This document shows, piece after piece, positions 46,876 through 59,821 of a stretch of DNA of 64,000 nucleotides. Within the stretch, counting starts at the first letter, position 1. Each line of letters starts with the position of its first letter. The position numbers and the translations under genes were made by a program. Under the pieces are notes generated by a model, which was not told the DNA's origin, searched no databases, and worked only from the letters and a program-made list of their open reading frames with translations. This DNA comes from Azolla caroliniana (lineage: Eukaryota; Plantae; Polypodiophyta), in NCBI GenBank assembly GCA_043228905.1, contig JBHGNT010000012.1, forward strand, positions 18,910,001-18,974,000. The letters run 5' to 3'.

Positions 46876-49800
46876 TCGGAGACATTTCCATTCTGGATCG
46901 ACCTATGATAGAGATCTTTCGAAGACAAAAGCTACAATATACCTAACTTGAGAATCTCACATGTGCCAAAAACCAGATTCCCTCGTTTCTCTTCTTTTCA
47001 TCTTATCTACTTTTATATTTACTATGTAATATTTATTTTATTTGGATTTGTTCTCAAAAACGAGACAACACTTAAGATGTAATCTCTTATGTGGTCTTAT
47101 AGGCCATTTTGGCCTCTTAAAAGACGTTAATATATCTTTCTTTCTTTCTTTCAACCCCCAATGGGATGCAACACATTTGCTTCATGATGCATCACTAGAT
47201 TCCTCTGTAAATGAGGCCTTTTTGCAACACCAATGTATCATGACATGGGATAAAATGTGGAGGCTCACGCTTCACACATTATACTACATGTGTGCACCTC
47301 ATTATAAAACCATATTCTTCCTAAAATGGGGAAACCGTACACATCGATACATGTTAGAGCCCATCCCAGTGTTTGCCATTCGAACCATTGCTTGCATGCG
47401 ACTTAGCTCACATGCATTGTATTGTGAAACGGGACGTTGGGACACAAGTGATGAGAGTGGTTGACTATGAATACTTTGCCCTAAACAAGTTCAAGATTTT
47501 GAGTATCACACTTTGATACAATGCTTTGCCTTTGATCATATTCGACCATGCTTTCTACACATCTTCGACCAAACCCAATCCTTGCATGAATTTCTCAAAC
47601 AACCACAATGTGCATGTTTGATTGTAACATTCATTAGTGAAGTTCTTGAACATCGAGAGTCACTATTCACTTTCACATGTATTACATGAAATGTAATATT
47701 TTTGGTCTCATAGGTCATATTTGACCTCCGACGATGATAAATGTATCTATCTATCTCCCCTCAATATTATCAAATGCAAGAAAGGAAGAATGGAAATCTT
47801 TAAACTCCGATTGAAGTTTGCAAAGAGACAATTCAAGGGAAAAAAGGAAGATATAATTGTTGAGTTCACCAATGAAGAGATGGAATAATATGTACAACGT
47901 ACATAAGCATATGACATTGAGTATGCAAACACCATATAATGCATTTCTGTGTACTGAAGATGTTCATAGAGGGACAAGAAATGTTTAATGGCAAAGCAGT
48001 GGATGCAACTTTAATGATAAGTGAGCCCTTTCCCATTTTTCTCACTTAAACAAATAGAGGCAGCACTCTCATTTTGTTTAATGAGGCGGATCTAATCTAT
48101 CGTTTAAAGTGAGCTCTTAAACGACAATGCCACAAACTCACCAATGGCTAGCAACTATTATGGATCATGCAATCAGGCAAGGTTTTCTGGAAGATTGGGT
48201 CATGAATTGGATTAAACCAATACATAACGGAGTAAAAACATTGGCACCCAACTATCGAACTATCATGGTTAGCTTAGTTATGGCCACATTATATGGCACT
48301 ATCATGGAACAAAATATTAGCTCATGGGCTGAGCATCATCAGAAAACAAGCACTTGTCAACTAGGCTTTAGACCAAAACGTTCAATTGTCGATCATTTGG
48401 TTACACAAAGTAATTATGGAGGCAAGTGTATCCACTCTCTCCCACACTGTTTGGTCTATGCATCAATAAAATAGAAGAAAAACAATAAACAAGGCTGCAA
48501 AAGAAGAAGAATTAAATAGCCAAAAACTCATGCAAGAGCTTATTTTTATACTCCTATAAGTCAATGATATTTTGTTATTCTCATATACTTTGGATGGTAT
48601 GAAACACTTACTTGATGTATTGGAAACATTCTGTGAAATCGGTAAGCTACCTATTAACATGGACAAAACAAAAGCGATGGCAATAAAGGCAATACAACCA
48701 AGACACTACCCCACTTCCACATACATGGGAGAATGTATACAAGTCGTGCAAAGCTTAGAATATCTTGGCATTAATGTCCCATTGCCAAATAGGTGCAATG
48801 TATGCTATGGGTCTAGACTTCAAACGGGTTGGAATAGTTATTATATGTTTGAGAATCAATGCAACCAAAGTTATAATCGAGGATGGGAAGTGAGACTTAT
48901 GTTATTCAATACAACGGTGGTTCAAGTGTTTATTTATGGAGTGGAAGTGTGGGGTGACATTATCTCACTTAGTGCATGGAATGAAATAGATAAAATTCAA
49001 AAAATTATCAATTGGGAGTTATATCCGCACCATCCTGTCTTGTCGTGTTTTAGAAACATGTGCTTGACCCATAGAGTAGCCATGCAAAGAATATACAAGT
49101 AAATCACAAAATTCACTCAATCACAAATTGCCAAAACAGGCTTGGAACATAGGATGCAAGGTACAAAACACTAATAAGAGAAAAATCCTACGACTGATAG
49201 GATGCTTGACATTATGAAATGGAATCAAATATAGGGAGTAAAAGATCTATTGGAGCTCTCTCGCAATGCTATGAAGTATGTAATCATCGAGGATAGATTA
49301 TTAAAGGCACTAAGGATGAAGTCGCAAGATGCCAAAATATCAAAATTGGGCACATTGCAAATGTTGGCCCCAATGCAGAATAATAACATCCTGCTTAGGA
49401 AGTAATTGCCTGCAAGATAGTACGTTTATTTGGCCCCACAAGTCAAATTTTGCCTCCTCGTGGATGATAATAAAATTTAATCTATTCTATTCTATGCTCT
49501 TATTACTCCTAGTGAGTCATGGATTTGGAATGTATAAAAGGAGTTTTCAAATATGATTGACCTCCACGAAATCAACACCAATTATCGAATGCATTTCCTT
49601 TCTTTGTAACTCTTGTCCTGCCTTAAATACATTTCATTCCCTTGTACTCCTTCCTGTACTTTGAATACATTTCTTTTCCTTGTACTCTTGTCCTACCTTA
49701 CCTAGTCTAGCCTTGGGTTTACACCTATGTCCCTTAGCTGCCTTGCCCACTCTACCTACTCTGGTCATGCTTATTTGTTACAGATTGCTTGCGTGTCCGA

Positions 49801-51277
49801 TCAGCTCATGTACAGACAGGTGTGATTTGAGATCTCCATCATAGTCTCACTCCACTATACCAGGAAAAATTGGATACCATGTCCTCTCACAGCCATCGAT
49901 CCCATGCATAGTGGTTATGCCCCTCATGATTGTTAAACCATGATCCAGTTACCAGTATAATTACTGATTATAAAGACACCTCGTGCATTAAGATCATAAT
50001 CATGGATTTTAATGAAATTTTGGAAAGAGCTTCTACTTTTGTCTCGGTATGGATAGAATTCACCCATATTTGTGATCATGATTTGACTCAAAGGCCAATT
50101 TCAGCCTCTAATTGAAATTAATATATCTTTCTTTCTTTCTCTCTCATCCCACACACGCACAAATAAACCAAAACTTGCCTCCCAAATGTGCAATGAGAAG
50201 TGGTAGCGCCGGCATGATTGCTAAGGTGTGCTCTGAGTCACCTGATGCGATATTAGTCAAACACCATGCAGCCTCAACAAGCTATATGAACACAAGCATT
50301 AGCAATTTTAGACCATCCATTGTTTACATGTCTTCAATAACATGAACCATCACTTTACACATACCTGCTCATCACTAGAACCAAAATCTAGACACTTTAT
50401 GAGCACAGGAACAACTCCTGCTTGGACTGCTGCATTCACTGGTGGCCTTGCACTATATGATAACAATCGCCTCAACTTCCTCAATGTCTCTATCCTCTTC
50501 TGTGACGGAATCTTTGCACTAAGTAGTAAAGAATGTAAAGCCCATAAACAGGCAATCAATCAAAATGGTGCTAGATATTTGATAAGCATTCATTGGTGTG
50601 GTATATAATACCTTATAGAAAACACTGACTTTAGGTCTTCTACAGCACGGACTGTATCTTCATCAAGGGCCTTATCAGAAACTTCCTGCTTAGACACACA
50701 TATATCTTCATTATCCAGCATGCCTTCATCATCGATATCATCAGCTCTTCGCATACGCTTTGCCCGAACAACAGCATCTCTCCGTTCTTTACCTATAGTG
50801 ATGGCCTGCTGCCGCCTTCTTTGACTCGCAATATTCCCTACTGAAACCAGTTACTTTGTGTTCATAAATCCGTGTACCTTTCTTAACAAAAAGTTGCAGT
50901 AACGGTTACGATGGAATAGACCAAACCACATTCATAATCAAGCATGTAAGAGAAACGAAAATTTTCTCTAATCCTTTATATATTTCCAGCCTCACTTAGT
51001 GAAAAGCTGTTTTCAACATATATCATTGATGTTTAATCACGTACCCCATGGCTCCAACCAAAATTCTTGCAGAAAGGCGAAATAAAACAAAAAAAATTTA
51101 CAATCTCACGATAATACATAGGGTTAGATAGACTGCTTGTCATGACCTCTCTATCTCTATCTGCCACTCTCCACAGGCTAAGCATGAATAAATCAGAAAA
51201 GAATGAGAATACGAGCATCAGATATTACCTGCAGTTTTGAATTGCTCGCGTCTAGGGACAGGGGAAGCTCCAGACAT
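43863..51277 (-). CDS. IMPA9: Importin subunit alpha-9-like, about 10 coding exons
   Basis: IBB VGNIASQRRRQQAITIGKERRD; ARM repeats EAAWCLTNIA, EQCAWAVGNVAG, TAAWALSNL, EAAWVISN, EAAYALGN; C-terminal LLDKYYGEDYG. Exons approx. 51277-51229, 50840-50612, 50520-50375, 50282-50179, 46805-46621, 46059-45979, 45777-45625, 45521-45440, 44755-44696, 44618-44313, 44108-43863. Confidence 0.93.
44905..45435. repeat. Diverged tandem duplication of about 263 bp in an importin intron
   Basis: Two copies starting AGGAGCAAACA at about 44905 and 45168. Confidence 0.85.
46813..46872 (-). repeat. (GA)30 tract directly upstream of a splice acceptor
   Basis: Sense strand reads (GA)n-ATTGCAG|AAAGA. Confidence 0.95.
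47150..47720 (+). mobile_element. LINE 3'-end remnant in the importin intron
   Basis: RLSSHALYCETGRW followed by C..E.H..IQC..IR, a C-terminal motif typical of LINE ORF2. Confidence 0.7.
48070..49350 (+). mobile_element. LINE RT remnant in the importin intron
   Basis: W...IKPIH..NYRTI, QLGFRPKRSIVDH, LPINMDKTK, YLG, YGVEVWG. Confidence 0.8.
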
Positions 51278-51558
51278 GGCTTCTTTGGTTTTTTGGTTTT
51301 GATTTTTCCTGCAGAAAAAAATCTTTGTGTCGAGAGAAACAGAGAAAGATACACGCAGAGTGCAGGCGGAATCGAATATTATGTTTTTTTTTATGTATTA
51401 AAAACAAAAAATACATATACAACCCTACCCTTTGTCGTAGTTTTCCAAAATCTCCAAATATACCCCTCGCCCCCACACACACACAAACACACACACAACA
51501 TAAAGGAAGACAAAAACACGGGCACGGGCGGAACCAAGCAGTGCCAGACAGAGATAGA

Positions 51559-52360
51559 GGCTAGGGCCACAGCCCTGGCTTTGCCCAGATAGAGACAGAG
51601 TCCGGGGCCACAACCATGGTGAAGCCCAGGTAGCGTCCGAGCCTAGGCAAAGCCAGGTTGTGCCAAAGTCGAAGGTCGGGTACCCCCGATCAACAACCAC
51701 GAAAAGACGGAACGGGCAATCGATTGTTAACGCTTTACTTGCTCGAAACCCTCTCGTGCATATCATCTACAAAAATGAGGACGCAAACTAACCATGTATG
51801 AATTGCTCGCACTACAACTCTTTCAAGGGCTCGTTGACAATATGTGGGCAACATAAAAACAGTCGACAGTATCTCGAAGTGCTATACACGCGAGGCGCGG
51901 GAGGGACTAGATAGTGCCAGTGACAAGAGGCTAGGGCCACAACGAAGCCAAGTAGTGCCCAAGCCCAGGTTGAGCCAGGTAATGCCAAAGTCGAAGGTTA
52001 GGTACCCCCGATCAACAACCACGAAAAGACGGAACGGGGAATTGATCAGTAATGCTTTACTTGCTCGAAACCGTCTCATAAGAGGCTAGGGCCACGACGA
52101 AGCCAAGTAGTGCCCAAGCCCGGGTTGAGCCAGGTAATGCCAAAGTCGAAGGTCGGGTACCCCCAATCACCAACCACGAAAAGATGGAACGGGGAATTGC
52201 TCGTTAATGCTTTACTTGCTCGAAACCCTCTCATACATATCATCTGCGAAAACGAGGATGCAAACTATACCACGTATGAATTGCTTGCACCACGACTCTT
52301 TCTAGGGCTTGTCGACGACATGTGGGCAATAGAGACACATCTAACGATATCTCGAAAGTT
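51559..52360. repeat. Three diverged tandem copies of an unidentified 155-370 bp unit
   Basis: GAGGCTAGGGCCAC...GCCAAAGTCGAAGGT...GCTTTACTTGCTCGAAACC recurs at about 51557, 51927 and 52082. Confidence 0.8.
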
Positions 52361-52775
52361 TCGCCTTTGCTTCGTTTTTTTTGTTTTTATCAATTTCAAC
52401 GTTTTGTGCTTCACTTTCTGCCATTGAATATAGTAGGTTAAAAGCATGTAAGTCACACTAGATTTTATGATGCTTCGAAATAAGTGGTTCGTCACCTTGT
52501 AATCCAGATCAAAATTAATAACCTTCAACTTCAACCAAGTATTTTGCAACTTCATCGTTGTGTTTAACAAAGGAGCTCTTCATTTTCATCATGTCCCAAA
52601 ATTCTAGGAATATTCCACAAAATGGGGGGTTATTTTGGAAGAATCTTGATAACAAATTTATTTTCAAGGCTCTTGGGAATTTTCATGTGGAATCCCAAAT
52701 TCTACATTCATTGTAGTTGAATTTTTAGAGTCCATAATCATGCATTCTTGATGGTTGAATTTCTAGATCGTTTAA

Positions 52776-55677
52776 TGTTACCGTACGAGACGTACGGGTG
52801 ATTGTTAAGTGTGATAAGTGCGGGTGAAAGATATATGTATGTGTAATGTCATACGATTATGAGTGTGAATGTAAGTGAGAGTGTGAGGGATATAAAGAGG
52901 TGTGAGTTTGTGACTAGGTGTGAATGGCCAAGGGTCTTGCACCCTTGTGTATCTACCCCTTTGTACCGATATTAACCCCTTATGGGGAATGAATGAAAAA
53001 AAAAGCAATAGTTCTCTCTCTCTTCCTCTCTCTCTCTCTCTCTCTCTCTCTCCCATAACGTTGAACCCCTTGGGAGGGGGGTGGAGCCATTCTAGGCACC
53101 ACCCCCCACCCCACAATGCTTCTCAATGCACATCGTAATCATGCTCTCAACCCCATAATGCTTATCAATCTCGCCATCACATTGTTTCCATCTTCATCAC
53201 TATCAATGTCATCATCAATCTCGCAATGCTAATCATTTCCATATTCGTATTATTAACAAACCCTAACCCTATTCCTATCTTTATCACCATAATCATTAAC
53301 CCTAACCCTAAAACCATCAACACTATTTTGGCACGCCGGGCGTGCCATATTGTGTTACCGTACGAGACGTACGGGTGATTGTTAAGTGTGATAAGTGCGG
53401 GTGAAAGATATATGTATGTGTAATGTCATACGATTATGAGTGTGAATGTAAGTGAGAGTGTGAGGGATATAAAGAGGTGTGAGTTTGTGACTAGGTGTGA
53501 ATGGCCAAGGGTCTTGCACCCTTGTGTATCTACCCCTTTGTACCGATATTAACCCCTTATGGGGAATGAATGAAAAAAAAAGCAATAGTTCTCTCTCTCT
53601 TCCTCTCTCTCTCTCTCTCTCTCTCCCATAACGTTGAACCCCTTGGGAGGGGGGTGGAGCCATTCTAGGCACCACCCCCCACCCCACAATGCTTCTCAAT
53701 GCACATCGTAATCATGATCTCAACCCCATAATGCTTATCAATCTCGCCATCACATTGTTTCCATCTTCATCACTATCAATGTCATCATCAATCTCGCAAT
53801 GCTAATCATTTCCATATTCGTATTATTAACAAACCCTAACCCTATTCCTATCTTTATCACCATAATCATTAACCCTAACCCTAAAACCATCAACACTATT
53901 TTGGCACGCCCTACGGCCGACCATCCTTAGAGAAGAAGTCAAAGAAGGATGCACGATGACAACGTAAATGTGAAATGTGCGATAAATGGTGATAATAATG
54001 TGGGCGAAATCAAATCAACAATGTATGGTAAATGGCGGTTACAATATGCTAGATAATGTCAATGAATGAGATGTGGCAATACGAATGTGCGAGAAAGAGT
54101 GGTGCGGGAAATGGAGACAAACGAAGACGGTGATGGAATAAGGGAACGGAGCCCGTGATGATGGCAAAGAAAAAAAGAAGAATAGCATCGAGACGATCGA
54201 ACGAGCAACCGGAGTGGCCGAGGAGTGGCCACAATGACCGGAGAGAGGCCGGAATGAACAGCGGCAATCGGAATGAACAGCGGCAATCGGAATGAATGGA
54301 GGGAAGTGGACGAAGAGCGATGTCGATCGTGGTAGCAGCCAACCGATGATCGAAACCAACAAAAGCAACGGCCGAACGACGGCCGGATGGGCCAAATAGC
54401 GGTCAAAATTGCGGCGGCCAAGAGTGGCGGCGTCGGAATGGCTAGAGTGGCAAAACAGCCCCGGCGGCCAAATATCGACGTGAGAAAGACGGCCGGAATA
54501 GCCGAAATCGTCGAACAATGAAGCGGAGCGGTGGAATGGCCGGCGGCCGGACAAACGACCAAGGAAATGGTCGGAAGGGCTGGAAATAGATGTTGGTGAT
54601 CGGATGGCAACCAAACAACAATAGATAAAGATTGAATATAACATTAGGAAGAAGAAAGATGAAGAAAGAATGAGAAACATTAAGAACAAGAAAAGAGAGA
54701 GAAACGGGAGAAAACGCATGAAGAAGAAGGAAGAATGAGAAGAAAAGAAAAGAAAGAACGTGAAAAAAAAAAGAGAGAGGAAAAAGAAATTTAAAATAAT
54801 ATTATTATAAAGAAATAAAAAGAGAAAGATAGGGGCATAAAACAAATTTCAAAAACTCATGGACCTAAAAGAAATGGACGCAAACCACACACAACTCACA
54901 AGATACAAAGAAGACTATACATACAACGTTTTTTTGACAACCCGAAGTATGTTACCAAGTTCGTGTGCCGACAGAACGAGAATGTTCGTGTCGATAAAGA
55001 TTCGCTGACCGACAAAGATGTTCGAGTCAAGCGCTCCGATCGAGGGAGTCGATCGTTGAGAGGACCGATGGAAGTTCCGGTCGAAGAAAGATTATGATCA
55101 AGGCATGTGGGATCGAAGTGCAAGGCACTTTCCCACGGGCGTGCCATATTGTGTTACCGTACGAGACGTACGGGTGATTGTTAAGTGTGATAAGTGCGGG
55201 TGAAAGATATATGTATGTGTAATGTCATACGATTATGAGTGTGAATGTAAGTGAGAGTGTGAGGGATATAAAGAGGTGTGAGTTTGTGACTAGGTGTGAA
55301 TGGCCAAGGGTCTTGCACCCTTGTGTATCTACCCCTTTGTACCGATATTAACCCCTTATGGGGAATGAATGAAAAAAAAAGCAATAGTTCTCTCTCTCTT
55401 CCTCTCTCTCTCTCTCTCTCTCTCTCTCCCATAACGTTGAACCCCTTGGGAGGGGGGTGGAGCCATTCTAGGCACCACCCCCCACCCCACAATGCTTCTC
55501 AATGCACATCGTAATCATGCTCTCAACCCCATAATGCTTATCAATCTCGCCATCACATTGTTTCCATCTTCATCACTATCAATGTCATCATCAATCTCGC
55601 AATGCTAATCATTTCCATATTCGTATTATTAACAAACCCTAACCCTATTCCTATCTTTATCACCATAATCATTAACC
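52776..55677 (+). mobile_element. Non-autonomous element E with three tandem LTRs
   Basis: LTRs 52776-53322, 53353-53895 and 55152-55677 (last one truncated); PBS TGGCACGCC(C) at 53329 and 53902; 1.26-kb non-coding interior. Confidence 0.92.
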
Positions 55678-56338
55678 AGCGGAATCAACGAATAAAACGC
55701 TACAGAACATCCTTAGAAAAATTTTCAATGAGAACCGGACCGACTGGGACACGAAGTTGCAGAGCGTGCTGTGGGCGTACCGAACGGCGTACAAGACTAG
55801 CATCCGGACGACCCCGTTCCGACTGGCATTCGGCTTGGAAGCAGTCATGCCTGTAGAATTCCAAATTCCTAGCTTAAGAATACAGGTTAAGGAGCGGTTA
55901 AGCGAGAAGGAATCGGAACGAATCCGGCTGAAGATGCTGTTAGAACAGGAAGAAAATCGAATAGCCAGCCTGCTACAGCTAGAACTAGAGCAAAGGAGGA
56001 GGAAAGCCTTTGTAGACCGACACCGCCGCGGTAACGAAAAGGAATTCGAGGTCGGGAAACCTGTATTACTATTCCAGACAAGGATGGGGAGCATGCCAGG
56101 GAAATTGCGATTTCGGTGGACCGGACCATTCTGGATCACAAAGGAGTACAATGGGTCTTACCAGCTCGGGACGTTGTCAGGAGAAGTTGTGGGCAAATGG
56201 GCAAATGGGTTTCGCCTAAAACCGTATAAGGGGCACATGCCAGCTAACCCCTTCAAGCAAAACCCGGAAAACCCGAATGGCGAGAAACCGACAACAGTGC
56301 ACATGGACCCGAACACATCGGGGGGAACCGAACAATGA
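55678..56338 (+). pseudogene. pol: Integrase C-terminal part of Athila-like element F
   Basis: AESTNKTLQNILRKI...LWAYRTAYKT...GKLRFRWTGPF; close to the element C integrase. Confidence 0.92.
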
Positions 56339-56962
56339 TGCGGCATATGATTTAAAAAAAAAAAAAAAAAAAAAAGAATTACGTGGAGCTACGGGTAGAA
56401 AAGTCAAGACAAGAGGATCAAGAAAATCATGGTAATGATGAAGGAGGTAGTTACAACCGTCACACGGGTGCACGAGCTATTTAAAGCACAGAACGTGGGG
56501 GGCCGAGGTACAGGATTAAAACGCGCGTCAATTAAGGAGTCATAATGACAGACACATAGGAGATTCGACACACGCGCCAAAGAAGCGCAGGCATGACACG
56601 CGGCAGCAAAGGACAGACATGCTATTCATGACAGAGCATGCGCAGGCGCCAAAAATAGGACAGGCTATTCATGACAGAACATGCGCAGGCGCCAAAAATA
56701 GGACATACTATTCGAGGCAGAGGACGTGCAGACGCCGAAATTAAAAAGTAAGATGCTAATTATGGCAGAAGATACGCACGCGCGAAAAACAGGAAAAGGC
56801 GGCTCGAGGGAAACGCCACTATATAAAGGAAGAACCGGGGAAGGGTTCACTTTTTACGAATTTTCCCACAAGCAAACGCAGGCTCATAACAGCAAGATCC
56901 GACGCGCAGAACACCTACACCCCGACCTCAGACCACAGGCAGCAGCAAACGAAGAAGAAGCG

Positions 56963-59821
56963 ATGGCACTGTCGGACGGAGCGCGACAATGGCTGACGGA
57001 GAACGGATTAGGAGGGCTGCTGCGGGTCGCTGACGCTCCACCACACAAGGAACCAGAGCAGGCGGCAACAGCGGTGGACTTAGCAGAGGTCACTGAAGGA
57101 GCGGTACAAGCGCTCACAGGGATTTCGGAGGGAGGACTTCAAACAATAGAGCTACCCTCGAACCAAATATTCTTCGAGTATTTCGGCGAATATTCCCTCA
57201 GCAGCAAGGCGTATCGCACACAGGGCGGAGAGAACCGGCTGTTCGGAGAGGTGGCCCGCGCCCTGATGGAGTATGGGTTCGTGAACCCTCGTCCGGCAGC
57301 CATAGCCAAATACCGAGCAGCGATCGTCGCCGCGACATTCGAAGGCCTGCAGGTGGACTGGCTCCACTTCATCACCGAAGGACTGCAAGAGGCGATCAAG
57401 CACTTGGTGGAAGGGAAGAAGCCATGGTCCGGAATATCCCAATGGTTAACAGTGTTGGTCCCACCGGTGTCCCCCATCAAGCACAAGCAAAGAAGTCGGC
57501 AGGAGACTACCCCGAAGCAAACCATGAAACGCCGACGAATCCTAGAGAAACACACTCCAGGATGGACACAGGAAGAAGAACAGCCGCGGAAAGAAGGCTC
57601 ATCTCGACAACCGCGGGAAGAAGACTCCTCCCGACAGCAACGGGAGGAAGGCCCATCACGACAGCCACAGAAACAGCAACCGCAACCGACCACGAAGAAG
57701 AAAAAGGCGGAGAAAGGCAAGGAGAAGCTGGCGAAGAAAACCAGCAAGAGGCAAACCGACACCGAACCAGTAACGCTCGAATCGGAACCGGTACTAGTAA
57801 AGGAACCGATAGTCGCAGCGACGGAGGACGCCGAAACAGAGGAAGAGTCATCCGAACCGATGTTAATACTACCACCCAGGCAAGGGAAGGAGAAACGGGC
57901 GACAAGACCGACCCCAACAGCGGTCGGAACTCAACAACGGGCGGAAGAACAAGTAACCGGAACAGAAGCGACACAGGATGAAGGTTCGTCTGCACCAAAG
58001 CAGGCAGTACCGGAACCAACGGCGGCGGAATTCGAAGAACAAAGGAAGGAACAAGCGCCGGAACAAGAGAAGAGGCCCGAGAAACAGCCGGAAAAACAGC
58101 CGGAGCTAGGCACGTCTGCTGACACCAACGAAGGCAGAACAAAGGCACAATGGCTAAGGTGGTTGTCAGGGCAGTTGTCGGGAGTAGCAGACCAGATGGA
58201 GAAAGAGGAGGAGCAAAGAGAAGAAGTGACTAGGACGACGACTAAGGAGATGGTCATGCTCCGGGCACAATTACATGAGCTGCAAGAAGAGCTAGCACAG
58301 GCAAAAGAAGGCAGCCGACAAGCGCAAGATGGCACCGAGCCGGTCGGGACATCAGAAAAGCAAGCCGAACCAGAAACGGAGAAGGCCTTGCAAACCGGCC
58401 CTGAGACCGAGAAGTTAATAGCAACTTTGAAAGAAGAATTACAGGCTCAGGAGGCATTGAGAAATAACGAAAGAGAGCAGCGGCAATTGGTAGAAGACGA
58501 CAGACGGCGAATGGAGGAAGGCCTTCGCCGAAGCAAAGCCACCAACGACCGACTACAAGAAGAAAACGGGACACTGCAAAAGGAGAAAGATAGGCTGCGC
58601 CGACGAATGGAGCAAGAAATCGAGCGGTTGCGAGAGGAACTCCGACAACAAAAGGACCGGGATGATCGGTTGCGAGATCAGGCGAACCGACGCCTAAAAC
58701 AGAAGACGGAGGAATTCGACCGACTGTGTAAGGATTATAAACAGGCCACGTCGGACATCAAGAATCAGGCAGCATCGTACGACCGACAGTTAGAGAAGCT
58801 GAAAGAGCAGCTCAAGGAAAACCGCTTGGAATTGTCCAAAGCAAGGGAGGAAGTGTCGGTGGAGAAGACCTTGACGTCGGAACAAAGAAAAGAGATGGAA
58901 GTACTTCGGCAGAAAGTAGGGGAGCTGACAAAAAGCAGGAATGAGGAGAAAGTGAAGTTGACTTTCGAAATCAACAAATGGCGGAGTACCTGTGACAAGC
59001 AAAAAGTCGACTCTGAAGCTCAAACTCAGTTAATGGCCGACATCATCAAACGGATAAGGAGGGAAAAACAAGCAGCTGCGGAACAGGCTAAAGCAGGGGT
59101 GGACCGAATTAAGTTCATCATGTCAAGCTGGAGTACCCGAGCTCAGGCCAGCATAAATGAAAGCACGGAGAAACTCTGGAAGGAATGGGCACAACAGGCA
59201 GCTGAACTGCAGACACTCCGAGCTGATGCAGAGAATCGGAAGAAAACCGGAGATGGGTTCTATAAAATGGACGAAGAAAGTATCGTCAACATCCGGGAAG
59301 AATTGTCGGAGGATTTCTATGCTCTAGCAGAGGAGCATCTCAAGGAAATCTGAGGGTTAGTAGAGAGGTTGGATGACGGGCAGCTCGAAACCCAACTAGA
59401 ATTGGAAGGGTACGAGAAGGAGCGACTGCGACAGGAAGCCGAGGGACACACAACGCCGATCTCCATTAGTGAGGGCGAGCGACCGGCTGAAGAGGACCCA
59501 ACCAACAATGCACCCCGACAAGAATTACCCGAGGTAGAACTTCCGGAGCAAGAGCAGGTTGATGCCGGGGATGATGCAGAGTGGAGACAGAGAAGTGCCG
59601 AATCCGGGGAGGAAAGGACACAACCAGTGGAAACCGGAGAGAGCGATACCGGGAACGGAACGGAGGTAGAGCAGGACAGACCCGGACAGCATACAGAAGA
59701 AACACCGGTACCACCGGTACAAGCAGAGTCGGAGCAGCAAGATGCGAAAAGGCAGCCAATCCAATCGGAAGTCAGAGACGGCACAGGCCAGACAACACTT
59801 GGAACCTCTGAGCGGAGTTAG
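56963..59821 (+). CDS. Extra 3' ORF of F (env position), charged with a long coiled coil; one in-frame TGA at 59351-59353
   Basis: The 875-aa and 150-aa ORFs share a frame. ATG at 56963 is inferred from homology to the start of the C extra ORF; TATATAAA near 56820. Confidence 0.8.

Noticed and set aside
54039-54845. 268-aa hydrophobic ORF as a membrane or env protein
   Set aside because: Antisense reading of an A/G-rich low-complexity interior; the Phe/Leu/Ser bias is compositional
56726-56962. N-terminal 79 aa of the 875-aa ORF
   Set aside because: GTG start upstream of a TATA-like box; homology with C begins near the ATG at 56963
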